Positions 51,658 to 64,000 are shown, counted from the first letter of the stretch. The stretch: DNA of 64,000 nucleotides from Mobula hypostoma (GCF_963921235.1 NC_086098.1:9052001-9116000); one strand, 5' to 3'. Notes: generated by a model from the letters alone, not told the origin. Numbers and translations are program-made.

Positions 51658-52560
51658 CAAATAAACTCTTTTGGACTTCTGGCTGGGTATCATCAGCATC
51701 ATCATCGTCAGGTGCCGTGTCCAGTTTGAACTTTGACTGCCTTGTCCCACACACTCGTGTTTCGGGTCAAGTGGATCAATTCATTGGTATTCATTTCCAG
51801 TTCTCTGGCTGCTGTCTCCATCATCATTTGCCTTTGTCTTCTTCTTGCTTTCTTCCCTTCAATCTTTCCCAAAATTACCATGCATTCTAACTCCTCTTTC
51901 CTAATCACATGTCCAATGAAGTTATGTTGCCTTTTCATGATCGCATACATTATTTCCCTTTTTATGTTTGCTCTGTTCATGACATCCTCGTTAGGTATTT
52001 GTTCCGTCCATGATATTCTTTGCATCCTCCTCAAAAACGGCATCTCTGCTGCTTCAATTCGTTTCCTCATGTTATTAGATATTGTCCAACATTCTGAGCT
52101 ATATAACGTAACTGGATAAACGTAACATTTCAGTACTCTGAGGTGGGTTGTCATGCCTAGTTTAGTATTGGTCAATATACTCTTCATTCTTGTAAAGGTG
52201 TTTTTTGCCATCCCTATTCTTCTTGTGATGTCCATGTCGCACCTGCCATCTGATGTCACCCAGCTTCCTAAGTAGCAAAAGGTTTTGATTATAACCAACG
52301 TTTCAATGACAAGCTGTGCCATCTGCATCGGGGATGATGCCTGGGTATGTCTAGTCCGGTGGTATTTATCAAGGTGGGAGAGCAAAAACCTGATTGGATG
52401 ACAACTAACCAATCAGGAGGTATGGACTATGGGGGTACAAATACCACCGGACTAGACACGCCCGGGTATCATCCCACTGAAGATGACAGAGTTTGTCATC
52501 AAAGTATAATGTATAATCGATAGCTGTACCTGGCTGAAAGCCTGAGAAGAGACCATTTGC
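51658..52560. mobile_element. Palindromic Penelope-derived element, left arm split by an RTE
   Basis: 52287-52367 is the reverse complement of ~52439-52520; 51658-51690 matches the reverse complement of 52526-52559; decayed hammerhead-like motif in each arm. Confidence 0.7.
51690..52286 (-). mobile_element. RTE-clade LINE 3' fragment
   Basis: ORF 51708..52412 (FCYLGSWVTSDGRC..I.RRIGMAK...LYSSECWT...FLRRM.RISW); (gat)n tail. Confidence 0.9.
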
Positions 52561-52697
52561 CTTTAGAGTTTTGCACCCTGAGAGCTCTGAATGTTGGATC
52601 ATTAAATATATTCTAGATGGAATAGAATATTGGACTACTGGGTTTCATTGTTTAATACCACAAAGCCATAAGAACAGAATTTGGCCATTCAGCCCAT

Positions 52698-55600
52698 TGT
52701 TAAGTGTGTCCAGGACGGATTCCTGTCACAGTATGTTGACAGGCTGACTAGGGCGAATGCCATACTAGTATTAGGTAACAAACCAGGTCAGGTCCCAAGA
52801 TCTCTCAGTGGGTGAGCATCTGGGGGACAGTGACCACCGCTCCCTGGCCTTTAGCATTATCATGGAAAAGGATAGAATCAGAGAGGACAGGAAAATTTTT
52901 AATTGGGGAAGGGCAAATTATGGGGCTATAAGGCTAGAACTTGTGGATGTGAATTGGGATGATATTTTTGCAGGGAAATGTACTATGGACATGTGGTCGA
53001 TGTTTAGGGATCTCTTGCAGGATGTTAAGGATAAATTTGTCCCAGTGAGGAAGATAAAGAATGGTAGGATGAAGGAATCATGGGTGACAAGTGAGGTGGA
53101 AAATGTAGTCAGGTGGAAGAAGGCAGCATACATGAGGTTTAGGAAGCAAGGATGAGATGGGTCTGTTGAGGAATATAGGGAAGCAAGAAAGGAGCTTAGG
53201 AAGGGACTGAGCAGAGGAATCTGGGGGTACATGTTCACAGATCCCTGAAAGTTTCCTACCTGTGAGTTTAAGAGTTGCGAGGTAATGATGCAGCTCTATA
53301 AAACTCTGGTTAGGCCACACTTGGAGTACTGTGTCCAGTTCTGGTCGCCTCACTATAGGAAGGATGTGGAAGCATTGGAAAGGGTACAGGGAAGATTTAC
53401 CAGGATGCTGCCTGGTTTGGAGAGTATGCATTATGATCAGAGATTAAGGGAGCTAGGGCTTTACTCTCTGGAGAGAAGGAGGATGAGAGGAGACAAGATA
53501 TTAAGAGGAATAGATAGAGTGGACAGCCAGCGCCTCTTCCCCAGGCACCACTGCTCAATACAAGAGTACATGGCTTTAAGGTAATAGAACATAGAACAAA
53601 GAATAGTACAGCACATTACAGGCCCTTCGGCCCACAATGTTGTGCTGACCCTCAAACCCAGCCTCAAATATAACCCCCCACCTTAAATTCCTCCCTATAC
53701 CTGTCTAGTAGTCTCTAAAACTTTACTAGTGTATCTGCCTCCACCACTGACTCAGGCAGTGCATTCCACGCACCAACCACTCTCTGAGTAAAAAATCTTC
53801 CTCTAATATCCCCCTTGAACTTTCCACCCCTTACCTTAAAGCCATGTCCTCTTGTATTGAGCAGTGGTGCCCTGGGGAAGAGGCGCTGGCTATCCACTCT
53901 ATCTATTCCTCTTAATATCTTGTACACCTCTATCATGTCTCCTCTCATCCTTCTTCTCTTCAAAGAGTAAAGCCCTAGCTCCCTTAATCTCTGATCAGAA
54001 TCCATACTCTCTAAACCAGGCAGCATCCTGGTAAGTCTCCTCTGTACCCTTTCCAATGCTTTCACATCCCTCCTATAGTGAGGTGACCAGAACTGGACAC
54101 AGTATGTACTCCAAGTGTGGCCTAACCAGAGTTTTATAGAGCTGCATCATTACATCGCGACTCTTAAACTCTATCCCTCGACTTATGAAAGCTAACATCC
54201 CATAAGCTTTCTTAACTACCCTATCAACCTGTGAGGCAACTTTCAGGGATCTGTGGACATGTACCCCCAGATCCCTCTGCTCCTCCACACTACCAAGTAT
54301 CCTGCTATTTACTTTGTACTCTGCCTTGGAGTTTGTCTTTCCAAAGTGTACCACCTCACATTTCTCCAGGTTGAACTCCATCTGCCACTTCTCAGCCCAC
54401 TTCTGCATCCTATCAATGTCTCTCTGCAATCTTCAACAATTCTCTACACTATCTACAACACCACCAACCTTTGTGTCGTCTGCAAACTTGCCAACCCACC
54501 CTTCTACCTCCACATCCAGGTCGTTAATAAAAATCACGAAAAGTAGAGGTCCCAGAACAGATACTTGTGGGACACCACTAGTCACAACCCTCCAATCTGA
54601 ATGTACTCCCTCTACCACGATCCTCATCTATATGCCTGGTCACCTCCTCAAAGAACTCTATCAGGCTTGTTAGACACGATCTGCCCTTCACAAATCCATG
54701 CTGACTGTCCCTGATCAGACCATGATTCTCTAAATGCCCATAGATCCTAACTCTAAGAATCTTTTCCAGCAGCTTTCCCACCACAGACGTAAGGCTCACT
54801 GGTCTATAATTACCCGGACTATCCCTACTACCTTTTTTGAACAAGGGGACAACATTCGCCTCCCTCCAATCCTCTGGTACCATTCCCGTGGACAATGAGG
54901 ACATAAAGATCCCAGCCAGAGGCTCAGGAATCTCTTCCCTCACCTCATGGAGCAGCCTGGGAAATATTCCGTCAGGCCCCGGGGACTTATCCGTCCTAAT
55001 GTATTTTAGCAACTCCAACACCTCCTCTCCCTTAATATCAACATGTTCCAGACATCAACCTTACTCATATTGTCCTCACCGTCATCAAGTTACCTCTCAT
55101 TGGTGAATACCAAAGAGAAGTATTCACTGAGGACCTCGCTCACTTCCACAGCCTCCAGGCACATCTTCCCACCTTTATCTCTAATTGGTCCTACCTTCAC
55201 TCCCGTCATCCTTTTGTTCTTCACATAATTGAAGAATGCCTTGGGGTTTTTCTTTACCCTACTCGCCAAGGCCTTCTCATGCCCTCTTTTTGCTCTTCTC
55301 AGCCCCTTCTTAAGCTCCTTTCTTGCTTCCCTATATTCCTCAATAGACCCATTTGATCCTTGCTTCCTAAACCTCATGTATGCTGCCTTCTTCCACCTGA
55401 CTAGATTTTCCACCTCACTTGTCACCCATGGTTCCCTCACCCTACCATTCTTTATCTTCCTCACCAGGACAAATTTATCCCTTACATCCCGCAAGAGATC
55501 TCTAAACATCGACCACATATCCATAGTACATTTCCCTGCAAAAACATCATCCCAATTCACACCCGCAAGGTTCTAGCCTTGTAGCCTCATAATTTGCCTT

Positions 55601-55990
55601 TCCCCAATTAAAAACTTCTCCTGTACTCTCTGATTCTATCCTTTTCCATGATGATGCTAAAGGCCAGGGAGCGGTGATCACTGTCCCCCAGATGCTCACC
55701 CACTGAGAGATCTGTGACCTGACCTGACCCGGTTCGTTACCTAGTACTAGATCTAGTAAGTGGTGGGAAGTTCAAGGGGGATATTAGAGGAAGGTTTTTT
55801 ACTCAGAGAGTGGTTGGTGCGTGGAATACACTGCCTGAGTCAGTGATGGAGGCAGATACACTAGTGAAATTTAAGAGACTACTGGACAGGTATATGGAGG
55901 AATTGAAGGTGGGGATTGTAAGGGAGGCAGGGTTTAAGGGTTGGCACAACATTGTGGGCCGAAGTGCCTGTACTGTTCTATGTTCTATGT
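52698..55990. mobile_element. CR1 (+; 52698-53584 and 55756-55990) with a same-subfamily CR1 (-; 53585-55755) inserted into it
   Basis: The + copy breaks at ggctttaaggtaa and resumes at gtaagtggtgggaagttc; ORFs 52808..53155 and 53285..53584 (+) closely match 55090..55560 and 53715..54429 (-). Confidence 0.9.
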
Positions 55991-57404
55991 TCACTACTCA
56001 ATCATGGCTTACTTATTTTCCCTTTCGATCTTGTTCTCCTGTCTTCTCCTGTAAGAAGAGAGACAGGAAGGAAAGCAGTGCTGAAACCAGCTAAACGATC
56101 AGCAGTGAACGGCGGAGCTGATTTTCAAGGCCTTATGTACCATGCTGCTGCTCTTGTTTGGTATGGTCAATTGTTCTTATGTTAGAATCATTAAGATAAT
56201 AATACCACCAGGAGGTTGCCCAGAAGAAAACATCCTCTTGAACGGACTTTCTAAAAACATGATCTCACACTTTCATAAAAGCAGGAAAGTCTAGAAAGAC
56301 TGAAGGTTTTAGATAAACTGTATGTGCTATTTAACCTTGTTATTTGTGAATCACATGCTCCTTTTATAACAGTAGAGCCCAAAAAACAGGGGAAATTGTA
56401 ATGCACATAAAACTAAAAATTCAAAAACTGAAATGTCAGCAATTCGAAAGTATTTGTCTACCTTTTGCTTAGTGCTTAGTTGAACCTCCTCTCATAGCTA
56501 TTACAGCTGTTACTCTTTTCAGATAAGTCTCAATGTTCAGTTCCTTTGAGATATCTTGTGCCCTTCCCCAGATTTGTGCTTCTCTATTATCAATTCCCTG
56601 AATTGTCTTGAATGGTCTTGTGTGATCATTTTGGTTTGATTTCTTGATAAGCTAGCATACTGTTGGATCTTACAGAGTGAGGGTGTATTTATTCATATGA
56701 ATTAATTGAAAACAAGTAATCCTCCATTTTTCTACATCAGCAAATTGGGTGGTTGGTAAGGTAATATGCAGTATTGCACCTCAGCAGAGCTAGCATAGGA
56801 ATTACAAAGGATGAATACTGTTTTAGCCTCAGAGTTTTTGTTTTTAATTTCAGTAAATTGTTGACCGGTTTTGGATTTTTTATTTTGATTTGATATAATG
56901 TTCAATGGTTTGTAGATTTGCTCAAAAATCCTACTTCAATTTTATTTTAATTTTAAAAATGAGATAGTAAAATGTGAAAATAGTTGTGGAGGTTGAATAG
57001 TTCATTAAGGCACTGTATATCAAAGGATGAGAATGATAATCATTATGATTTTTTGTGACTTCTTGTATCTTTAATTGGGTCTTAATAATATCCTCATTTC
57101 AATAATTATAAATTCTTCTCTTTCTGTTAATACATAAATATGTTCCCTTGTGAAATCATGTGAAATTCATGATCATGCTTATTAATAGTTAGCAGGACTT
57201 CTCCTCTGAGATTTTTTTTTGCTCTAGATTCTCAACTTAGTTTTACTGATGCTTTGGCTACGAACATGCTTTAGTACAGAGTAAATGACAGTTTATAAAA
57301 TGTAATTTTGAATTTTTTTATAAAACCGTAAAATGAAAGAGCATCGAGCCCTTTCAACCAGTACAATAGATTACTGTACATTAAAATAAGTTGTTTCTTC
57401 ATGT

Positions 57405-57570
57405 ACATGAGGAAGTCTGCAGATGCTGGAAACACAAAATGCTCGGCAGATAAGGCAACATCTATGGAAATTAATATAGTTGTCATTTTGAGGCAAAGCC
57501 CTACTTCAGGACTGAGAAGGAAGGGGGAAGAAACCAAAGGCGATAAGTGAACCCAGGTGGGTGGAAGAAG
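57405..57570 (-). mobile_element. Penelope-derived short repeat, degenerate
   Basis: aagtctgcagatgctggaaacacaaaatgct...gccctacttcaggactgag. Confidence 0.65.
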
Positions 57571-57899
57571 CACCAGACACAGGAAATACACTACATCTAC
57601 AAGTTCCCCTTTATCAACAGAGCATTGTTTGGGCCTCAATCAATCAGTCAATAAATATCCACTGGATCCTAGAATCTTGGGAAATTTGGGAGATTTACCT
57701 CCCAAATTTCCCAATTACCTCCTGAATTACCTCCCCCATCTTTCCCCTTGTGTGCTGCCGAATCACTTATGGGAGCGATCTGACTCTACTGGTGTCGTTG
57801 AAAATTGGAAGGAACTTTTCATTCTGAAGATGGTCCAGTGTGGCAATTTTTGAAGAAGAGGTGTGAGATGGAAGAGGAGGATTCTAGACCTAGGCTTGC

Positions 57900-59981
57900 A
57901 GACAATTCTGATAAGGTTAATAATGAAGAATTGTAATCTTCTGAGTCAATTCACTGCACTAGTGAAACAATGGACACGGGAAGTCCGTATTTACAATGAA
58001 AGCTACTTATCAGTGGGTTTTACATGGGCTGGTGATCCAAGTTGTCCTATTCCATTGTGCCTAGTCTGTGGGAAACAACTTACAAATGTAACAGTGGCTC
58101 CAGCAGAATGGAAAAAAACACTGGAGAGGGTTCAGAGAAGATTCATGAGCATGATTCCAGAAGTGAAAGGGTTACCATATGAGGAACGTCTGGCAGCTCT
58201 TGGGCTGTATTCCCTGGAGTTCAGGAGAATGAGGGGGGGATCTCATAAAAACATTCTGAATGTTAGAACGCCTGAACAGGTTAGATATGGCAAAGTTATT
58301 TTCCATGGTAGGGGAGTCTAGGGCAAGAGGGCACGACTTCAGGATTGAAGGAGGTCCATTTAGAACAGAGATATGGAGAAATTACTTTAGTCAGAGGGTG
58401 GTAAATCTGTGGAATTTGTTGCCATGAGCAGCTGCGGAGGTATTGGGTGTATTTAAGACAGGGATAGATAGGTTCTTGATTAGCCAGGGCATCAAAGGGT
58501 ATGGGGAAAAGGCAGGGGAGTGGGGATGACTGGAAGAATTGGATCAGCCCATAATTGAATGGCGGAACAGACTCGATGGGCTGAATGGCCTACTTCTGCT
58601 CCTATAATCTTATGGTCTTAACTACAAAAACTACAAATCACAGCCATATACAACATAGAATATAGAATACTGTATCACAGTACAGGCCCTTCGGCGCACA
58701 ATGTTGTGCCGACCCTTAAACCCTGCCTCCCATTATAACCCCCCCCACCTTAAATTCGTCCATATACCTGTCTAGTATGACACGTAAAAGTGCTGATTAC
58801 TTTAAACGACTATTGGAATCTCAAAACAAACAGATTAAAGCTTTTGAAACTAAAGTCACAGTAAAAAGACTCAGGAATCAGGTTATTTAGCAGCTTTAAG
58901 ACCAGTTTACTTGAAAATGTTCAAAAACAACTGTGTGAAAACCTAGACAAAGAGCATACCAATCTCTTGCTACAGACAGAAATTTGGTGGCTTAGAGTTC
59001 TCAACAGTGTGTTTGAGCTGAAAGGTGAATTGCAGGAGTACTTTCAACAAAATAATAGGTCAGATTTTGCTAAGTGCTTTTAATGGCTGCAGAAACTAGC
59101 CTACCTAACAGACATTTTTCATCATATGAACCACTGGAACATAGAACATAGAATAGTACAGCACAGTACAGGCCCTTCGGCCCACAATGTTGTGCCGACC
59201 CTCAAACCCTGCCTCCCATATAAGCCCCCACCTTAGATTCCTCCAAGTCTCTGCAAGGCCTTGGAGAAAAAGTTTTGACCAAGATTCCAGAATTTAAAGG
59301 AAACAATCTTCATGAGTGTTATTGAAAACCACTGGAAGAACTGCAGAACAAAATTGAACACTATTTTTTCCTCCCTTTCAACACAAGTGTATGACTAGGT
59401 GAGTGACCCTTTCTGATGCTTTTGCTCAGCTTGAGAACTTGGCTCTGAGAGAAGAGGAAAAACTTTGTGAGCTGCTCTCTGATCATGCATTCAAGATGAG
59501 ATTTACTAACTTGCCCCTGGACAAATTCTAGATTTCTGTGAAAGAAGAGTATCCTGCAATTCATGGGAAAGCAATGAACATTTTGCTGCAGTTTACAACT
59601 TCTTACGTGTGTGAGCAAGCTTTTTCTTCACTTTCAGTTGAAGGTGAAATCTGTGAGTGATTATCTCAGGTTCAACCCAGATTTGAGAAATTTATTATGT
59701 TTGCTTTATGAATTTTTAAAATTTATGAAAGGAAAAGAAAGATTAATTTCAAGAAAGGTAAGCTAAGCTTAACTATTTGTTTTTTTCCAAGGAAGGTTGG
59801 CTAAAAATTTATTCTCTGCTCATAAGAGCATTGAAAATTGTTTTTGGATTATTATATTTACAACTTGCTGATCACGCTAACATACTATGAGCTGTAGATA
59901 TAATAATTTTTATGAGGAGATCCCTGAGACCTGAAAATTATTTCAAGGGTTCCACCAGGGCAAGAAGGTTGAGAAAGGCTG
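57900..59981 (+). mobile_element. hAT (Charlie/Buster-like) transposon remnant with three CR1 3' fragments nested (58120-58620 +, 58650-58776 -, 59137-59245 -)
   Basis: BED-finger-like YNESYLSVGF...PLCLVCGKQL; TEIWWL; WLQKLAYLTDIF; dimerisation domain KEEYPAI...LLQFTTSYVCEQAFS; right TIR ggttgagaaaggctg followed by ctcTAagg. Confidence 0.85.
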
Positions 59982-59984
59982 CTC

Positions 59985-60745
59985 TAAGGGAATGTTATTT
60001 AATTCCCTTCCTTTTCATATTCTTGTAGAATATTCTTATCAGATTTTATATTTCCTGCTAGCTTGCTCTCAGAGTCCATTTTCTCCCTTTTTATTACTTT
60101 TGAGTCATCCTTTGCTGGCTTCTAATTTCATCCATTTTATGGCCTGTTCCTAATCTTGGTGACATTATATGCCTTGTCATTCAACATGATACCATCTCCA
60201 ACTTCCTTTGTTAGCCACCACTGTATCATCCTTCTTGTGGTCATTTCATTGCTAAATGGAAGTTGTCTTTGTTCATAATTTTGAAATAGCTCCAGCCATA
60301 TTCACTTACTGTTTTCTTTTAATCGATCTTTCATAGCCATGTTAGACAGCTCTGCTTTCATACCTTTGATATATGTATATGTGTGTCTGAGTATGTACAC
60401 TTACAGCCCTAGGTTCAGGTCTAAGTTTCTCATTCCCACACCGAATATGAAATTCTGTCGTATTACGATCACTCTTTCCCAGAGGGTCCTTTACTTATAA
60501 TCATTTCTCAGTACACATGAGCAGATCTAAAATAGCATGCTCCAGCATCACAACGCTTTCTTTATTCAAAGAAACTAACTTGTATGTCTTAAGCATGTCC
60601 CAAAGGCTGCCCTTACCAATTTACTTTGTCTACTCTATATAAAAAGTTTATACCTTTCCTGCTATTACGTTAGTACCCCTCTTGCAGGTACTTATTCTTT
60701 TCCTGATCTATGCTGCATTCCACAGTGCAGCTTCTGTGGGGGAAC
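59985..60745 (-). mobile_element. Old CR1 remnant (endonuclease/linker region)
   Basis: Patchy similarity, e.g. gatcactctttcccagagggtcc (reverse of PLGKSD). Confidence 0.5.
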
Positions 60746-60819
60746 TTTAAATCATCTCCTGACCTGAACTTTTCAATAGCCTTTTCACAGAGATGCTTGG
60801 AGTGTTCTTTTGTCTTGAT

Positions 60820-61258
60820 GGTGTAGTTTTTGCCAGGATGCTGACTCGCCAGCAGATGGACCTTCCAAATACAGGTGTATTTTTACTACAATCAGTTGAA
60901 ACACCTTGACTGCACACATCTCCAAAAACAGATCTCTATTTAACTAATTATGTGACTTCTAAAACCAAATGGCTGCACCAGTGATGATTTGGTGTGTCAT
61001 TCTAAGGGGGAGGGTGTGAATACTTATGCAATCAATTATTTTGTGCTTTATATCTGTAAGAATATAATTTTTATATTTCACAAATATAATATTTGTAAAA
61101 AGATCATTTTGTAGAGATTTGTTTTCACTTTGACACAAAAGAGTCTTTTTCTGTTGATCAGTGTCAAAAAAGCTAAATTAAACCCACTGTGGTTCAATGT
61201 TGTAAAACAATAAAACATGAGAACTTCCAGGGGGGATGAATACTTTTTATAGGCACTG
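60820..61258 (+). mobile_element. Tc1-like transposon right end (IR/DR type)
   Basis: Repeated gggtgtgaatacttatgca / ggggatgaatactttttataggcactg|TA terminus. Confidence 0.75.
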
Positions 61259-61481
61259 TATAGTTAGATACACGCAAAAATGCAGGTGTAAAAACTGGTC
61301 ATGGAAATTGCACTGCCAACTACACAGCCTTACCAACCATAATTATGCCACAGCTGTACAATTATACAAATCACTTCGAGATTTACTGAAGTGCAAGTGA
61401 AATTTGAAAACTTCAATGAAACATAAAAAGGACAGCTGTAAAATATGAATCAACAATTCATGTACTGTATATAATGTTTTA

Positions 61482-61610
61482 CATCCTGATGAAGGGCTTC
61501 AACCTGAAATGTTAACTGTCTGTTTTCCTCTGTAGATACTGCCTGACCCACTGACTTCTTCTGACATCTTCTGTGTTTTTCCAGATTCTAGCATCTGCAG
61601 TCTCTTGTAC
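61482..61610 (+). mobile_element. Solo Penelope-derived short repeat with hammerhead motif
   Basis: catc-CTGATGA-agggcttcaacct-GAAA-tgttaact plus family tail. Confidence 0.75.
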
Positions 61611-62499
61611 CTCTAATATTTTGTGTGTTGTGCATGACAAAACCTTGTTATTGTGCTTGTACTGAAGTTACTTTATAAAACTTTTTTAGCAAAAACCAAT
61701 AGTATAATTCAAACTAAGGTCTTCACAGTCAGTCTTGGAGAGTGTAGAAAATGTTCACTAGGACAATACCCTGGATGAAGAAGTTAATTGCTGAAGAGTT
61801 TAAGATGTTATTCAAGGGAGTGCACGCATAATAGGAACTGGTGAGTTGAGACATACAGCATACTGAGGTGGATTGATAGTACGGATGTTAAAAGTATGTT
61901 TCCGCTGGTGGAATTTGGCTGATATAGTTTCAGAATAACGGGCTGCCCATCTTGGATGGGGGTGAGGAGGAGATTTTTCTCCTGAGAATGATGGAACTTT
62001 GTAATTTTGATTTCCTGACATTTATGGTGATAGACTTGTTAAATATATTAGAAATGAATATTGACGTTCATTTAAACAATAAGATGTCCAAAGAGTATGA
62101 GGAGAAAATGCGATAGTGACATTGGAGCCAAATGAGAGTCAGCTGTGATCTTGCTGAATAGCAGAGATTGATTAGCTTACTTCTACTCCTAATTCTTATG
62201 TTTTTATATACTCTCAGTAAAATATGTACCCATTTGTTAATAAATATCGGGTAATATCACAGAGTGGTCTTGTTGAGGAGATGAATCAGTGAGAAATTCC
62301 TTAGAATGTTTTCAGTCCTATGGCTGGTAGAGCTAGTATGGCTAAATATATATTTAATTTGCTCTTTATGTGAACATTCTGACATATTCCCATTCCTGAG
62401 CTGTATACTCCTATGATTCTAAAAACAACTGAATGGTTATTTTCCATTATTAGATATATCAAAAACAGAGAGCAATAACATAGCAAACTATGTAGCAAA

Positions 62500-63390
62500 G
62501 TAGGGAAAGGAGACCAAAGAGGAGATTGGGACAATCCTCACCTACCACCCCTCCAGCTCTGCGTCCAGCATATAATTCTCTGAAACTTTCGTTAGCTCTA
62601 ATGGGATCGCACCACCAAGCACGGCTTTCTCTCTCTCCCACTTTCTGCTTTATGTAGGGTTTACTCCCTATGTGACTCCCTTGTCCATTAGTCCTTCCCC
62701 ACTGATCTCCCTCTTGGCACTTAGCCTTGCAAGCGAAACAACTGCTACTCCTGCCCCTATACCTCCTCTGTCACTACCATCCAAGGCCCTAAACAGTCCT
62801 TCCAGGTGAGGCAACACTTCACCTGTGAGTCTATTGGGGTCATTTACTGTGTTCGGTGCTCCTGGTGTGGCCTCTTGTACATTGATGAGACCCAACATAG
62901 ATTGGGAGACCACTTCGCCAAGCATCTACCAGAGTAAGTGGGATCTCCCAGTGGCCACTTATTTTATTTCCACTTCCCATTTCCATTCCGATATGTCCAT
63001 CCATGGCTTTCTCCACTGTCGTGATGAGGCCACACTTGGGTTGGAGGAACAACACCTCATATTCCGTTTGGGTAGCTTTCAACCTGGTGGCATGAACATC
63101 GATTTTTCTTAACTTCTGGTAATACCACTCTCACCCCCCCCCACCTTCTCCATCCCCTTTTCCCTCTCTCATCTCATCTCACCAATCAATTTCCCAGCTC
63201 TTTACTTCATCCCTCCCTCTCCAGATTTATCTATCATCTGGTGGTTCTCTCTCCCCTCTCCCCACCTTTTAAATCTACTCCTCAGTTTTTTTCCTCCTGG
63301 CCTGCCGAAGGGTTTTGGCCGGAAACATCGACTGTACTTTTTTCCATGGATGCTGCCTGTGTTCCTCCAGCATTTTGTGTGTGTTGCTCA
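62500..63390 (+). mobile_element. Penelope-like element 3' part (GIY-YIG + terminal repeat with degenerate hammerhead)
   Basis: Colinear with 45500-46407; ORF 62825..63112 (LEEQHLIFRLGSFQPGGMNIDFS); cctgccgaagggttttggccggaaacatcgact. Confidence 0.85.
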
Positions 63391-63567
63391 GACAAGTTAA
63401 ATTGTTCCTTCTCCATATGTTAAATATTGTGAAAAAGAAAGAATAGTGAACTTGTGTGTATGTTTGCATGTATGTTTGTCAGAGTGGGGTTAAGGAGTAG
63501 TATACACTTCTGACTTCTGGCGTCTTTTGGAAAGTGAAGTAATGTCATTTAAAAAAGTAAGCAGGAA

Positions 63568-63748
63568 CAGGTGCAGCACAATAGTGTAGCAGTTGGTGTA
63601 AAGCTATCACAGCACTGGCAACCTAGGTTCAAATCTGCTGCAGCCTGTAAGGAGTTTGTACTTTCTCCCCATGCCCATATGGGTTTCCTGCGGTTGATCT
63701 GGTTTCCTCCCACATTCCAAAATCATAGGGTTCAGTCGGGTAATTGAT
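63568..63748 (+). mobile_element. V-SINE/HE1-like SINE 5' part
   Basis: ggttcaaatc B-box; gcctgtaaggagtttgtactttctcccc...ggtttcctcccacattccaaa. Confidence 0.75.
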
Positions 63749-64000
63749 CACGTCGAGGCCCTTCATCAGGTTGTATTTGGGTGGTGTGAGTTTGTTGGAC
63801 CAGAAGTACTGTATCTCTAAATGAAAATAACTAAAAAATTTGGGGGAAAATAGAAAGGTCTGAGGAAATGACAAAAGATGGATTAAATGAATTGAACTTT
63901 TAAAGGAGTAACTCTATGACCCCTTTCTGTACAGTGTGATTCTCTTACCTCTCTTATGATATTAATATATCCAGAACAAAGACATTTATTCTTCCATTTT

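Noticed and set aside
57863..59640. Domesticated ZBED/Buster-like gene
   Set aside because: Multiple stops, deletions and three CR1 insertions

Overview
Eukaryotic vertebrate genomic DNA. The repeat families (HER1-like CR1 LINEs, HE1/V-SINE-like SINEs, Penelope-derived short repeats) suggest a cartilaginous fish, probably a ray; this is an inference. Much of the window is decayed and often nested transposons: CR1, RTE, L1, Rex1/Babar, R4/Dong-like RLE LINEs, Penelope-like elements (PLEs), Tc1, Tigger/pogo and hAT. No intact host protein-coding ORF is recognisable, and nearly all listed ORFs are TE remnants or their antisense shadows. The main host feature is a CpG-island promoter (~23.1-24.3 kb) with a probable non-coding first exon on the + strand (donor at 23971/23972). 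If so, most of 24-64 kb is intron of an unidentified gene. The most interesting signal is a dispersed family of PLE-derived repeats carrying a minimal type I hammerhead-ribozyme motif. About 10 copies are visible, one retains all core nucleotides (46315-46350), and most intronic copies are in the sense orientation. Other notable items are a TSD-bounded PLE insertion with two inversions, a palindromic PLE derivative, (AAT)n-associated R4/Dong copies, a Tigger with an internal inversion and a CR1-in-CR1 inverted nest. Element boundaries were read by eye and are approximate unless a TSD or TIR is quoted.
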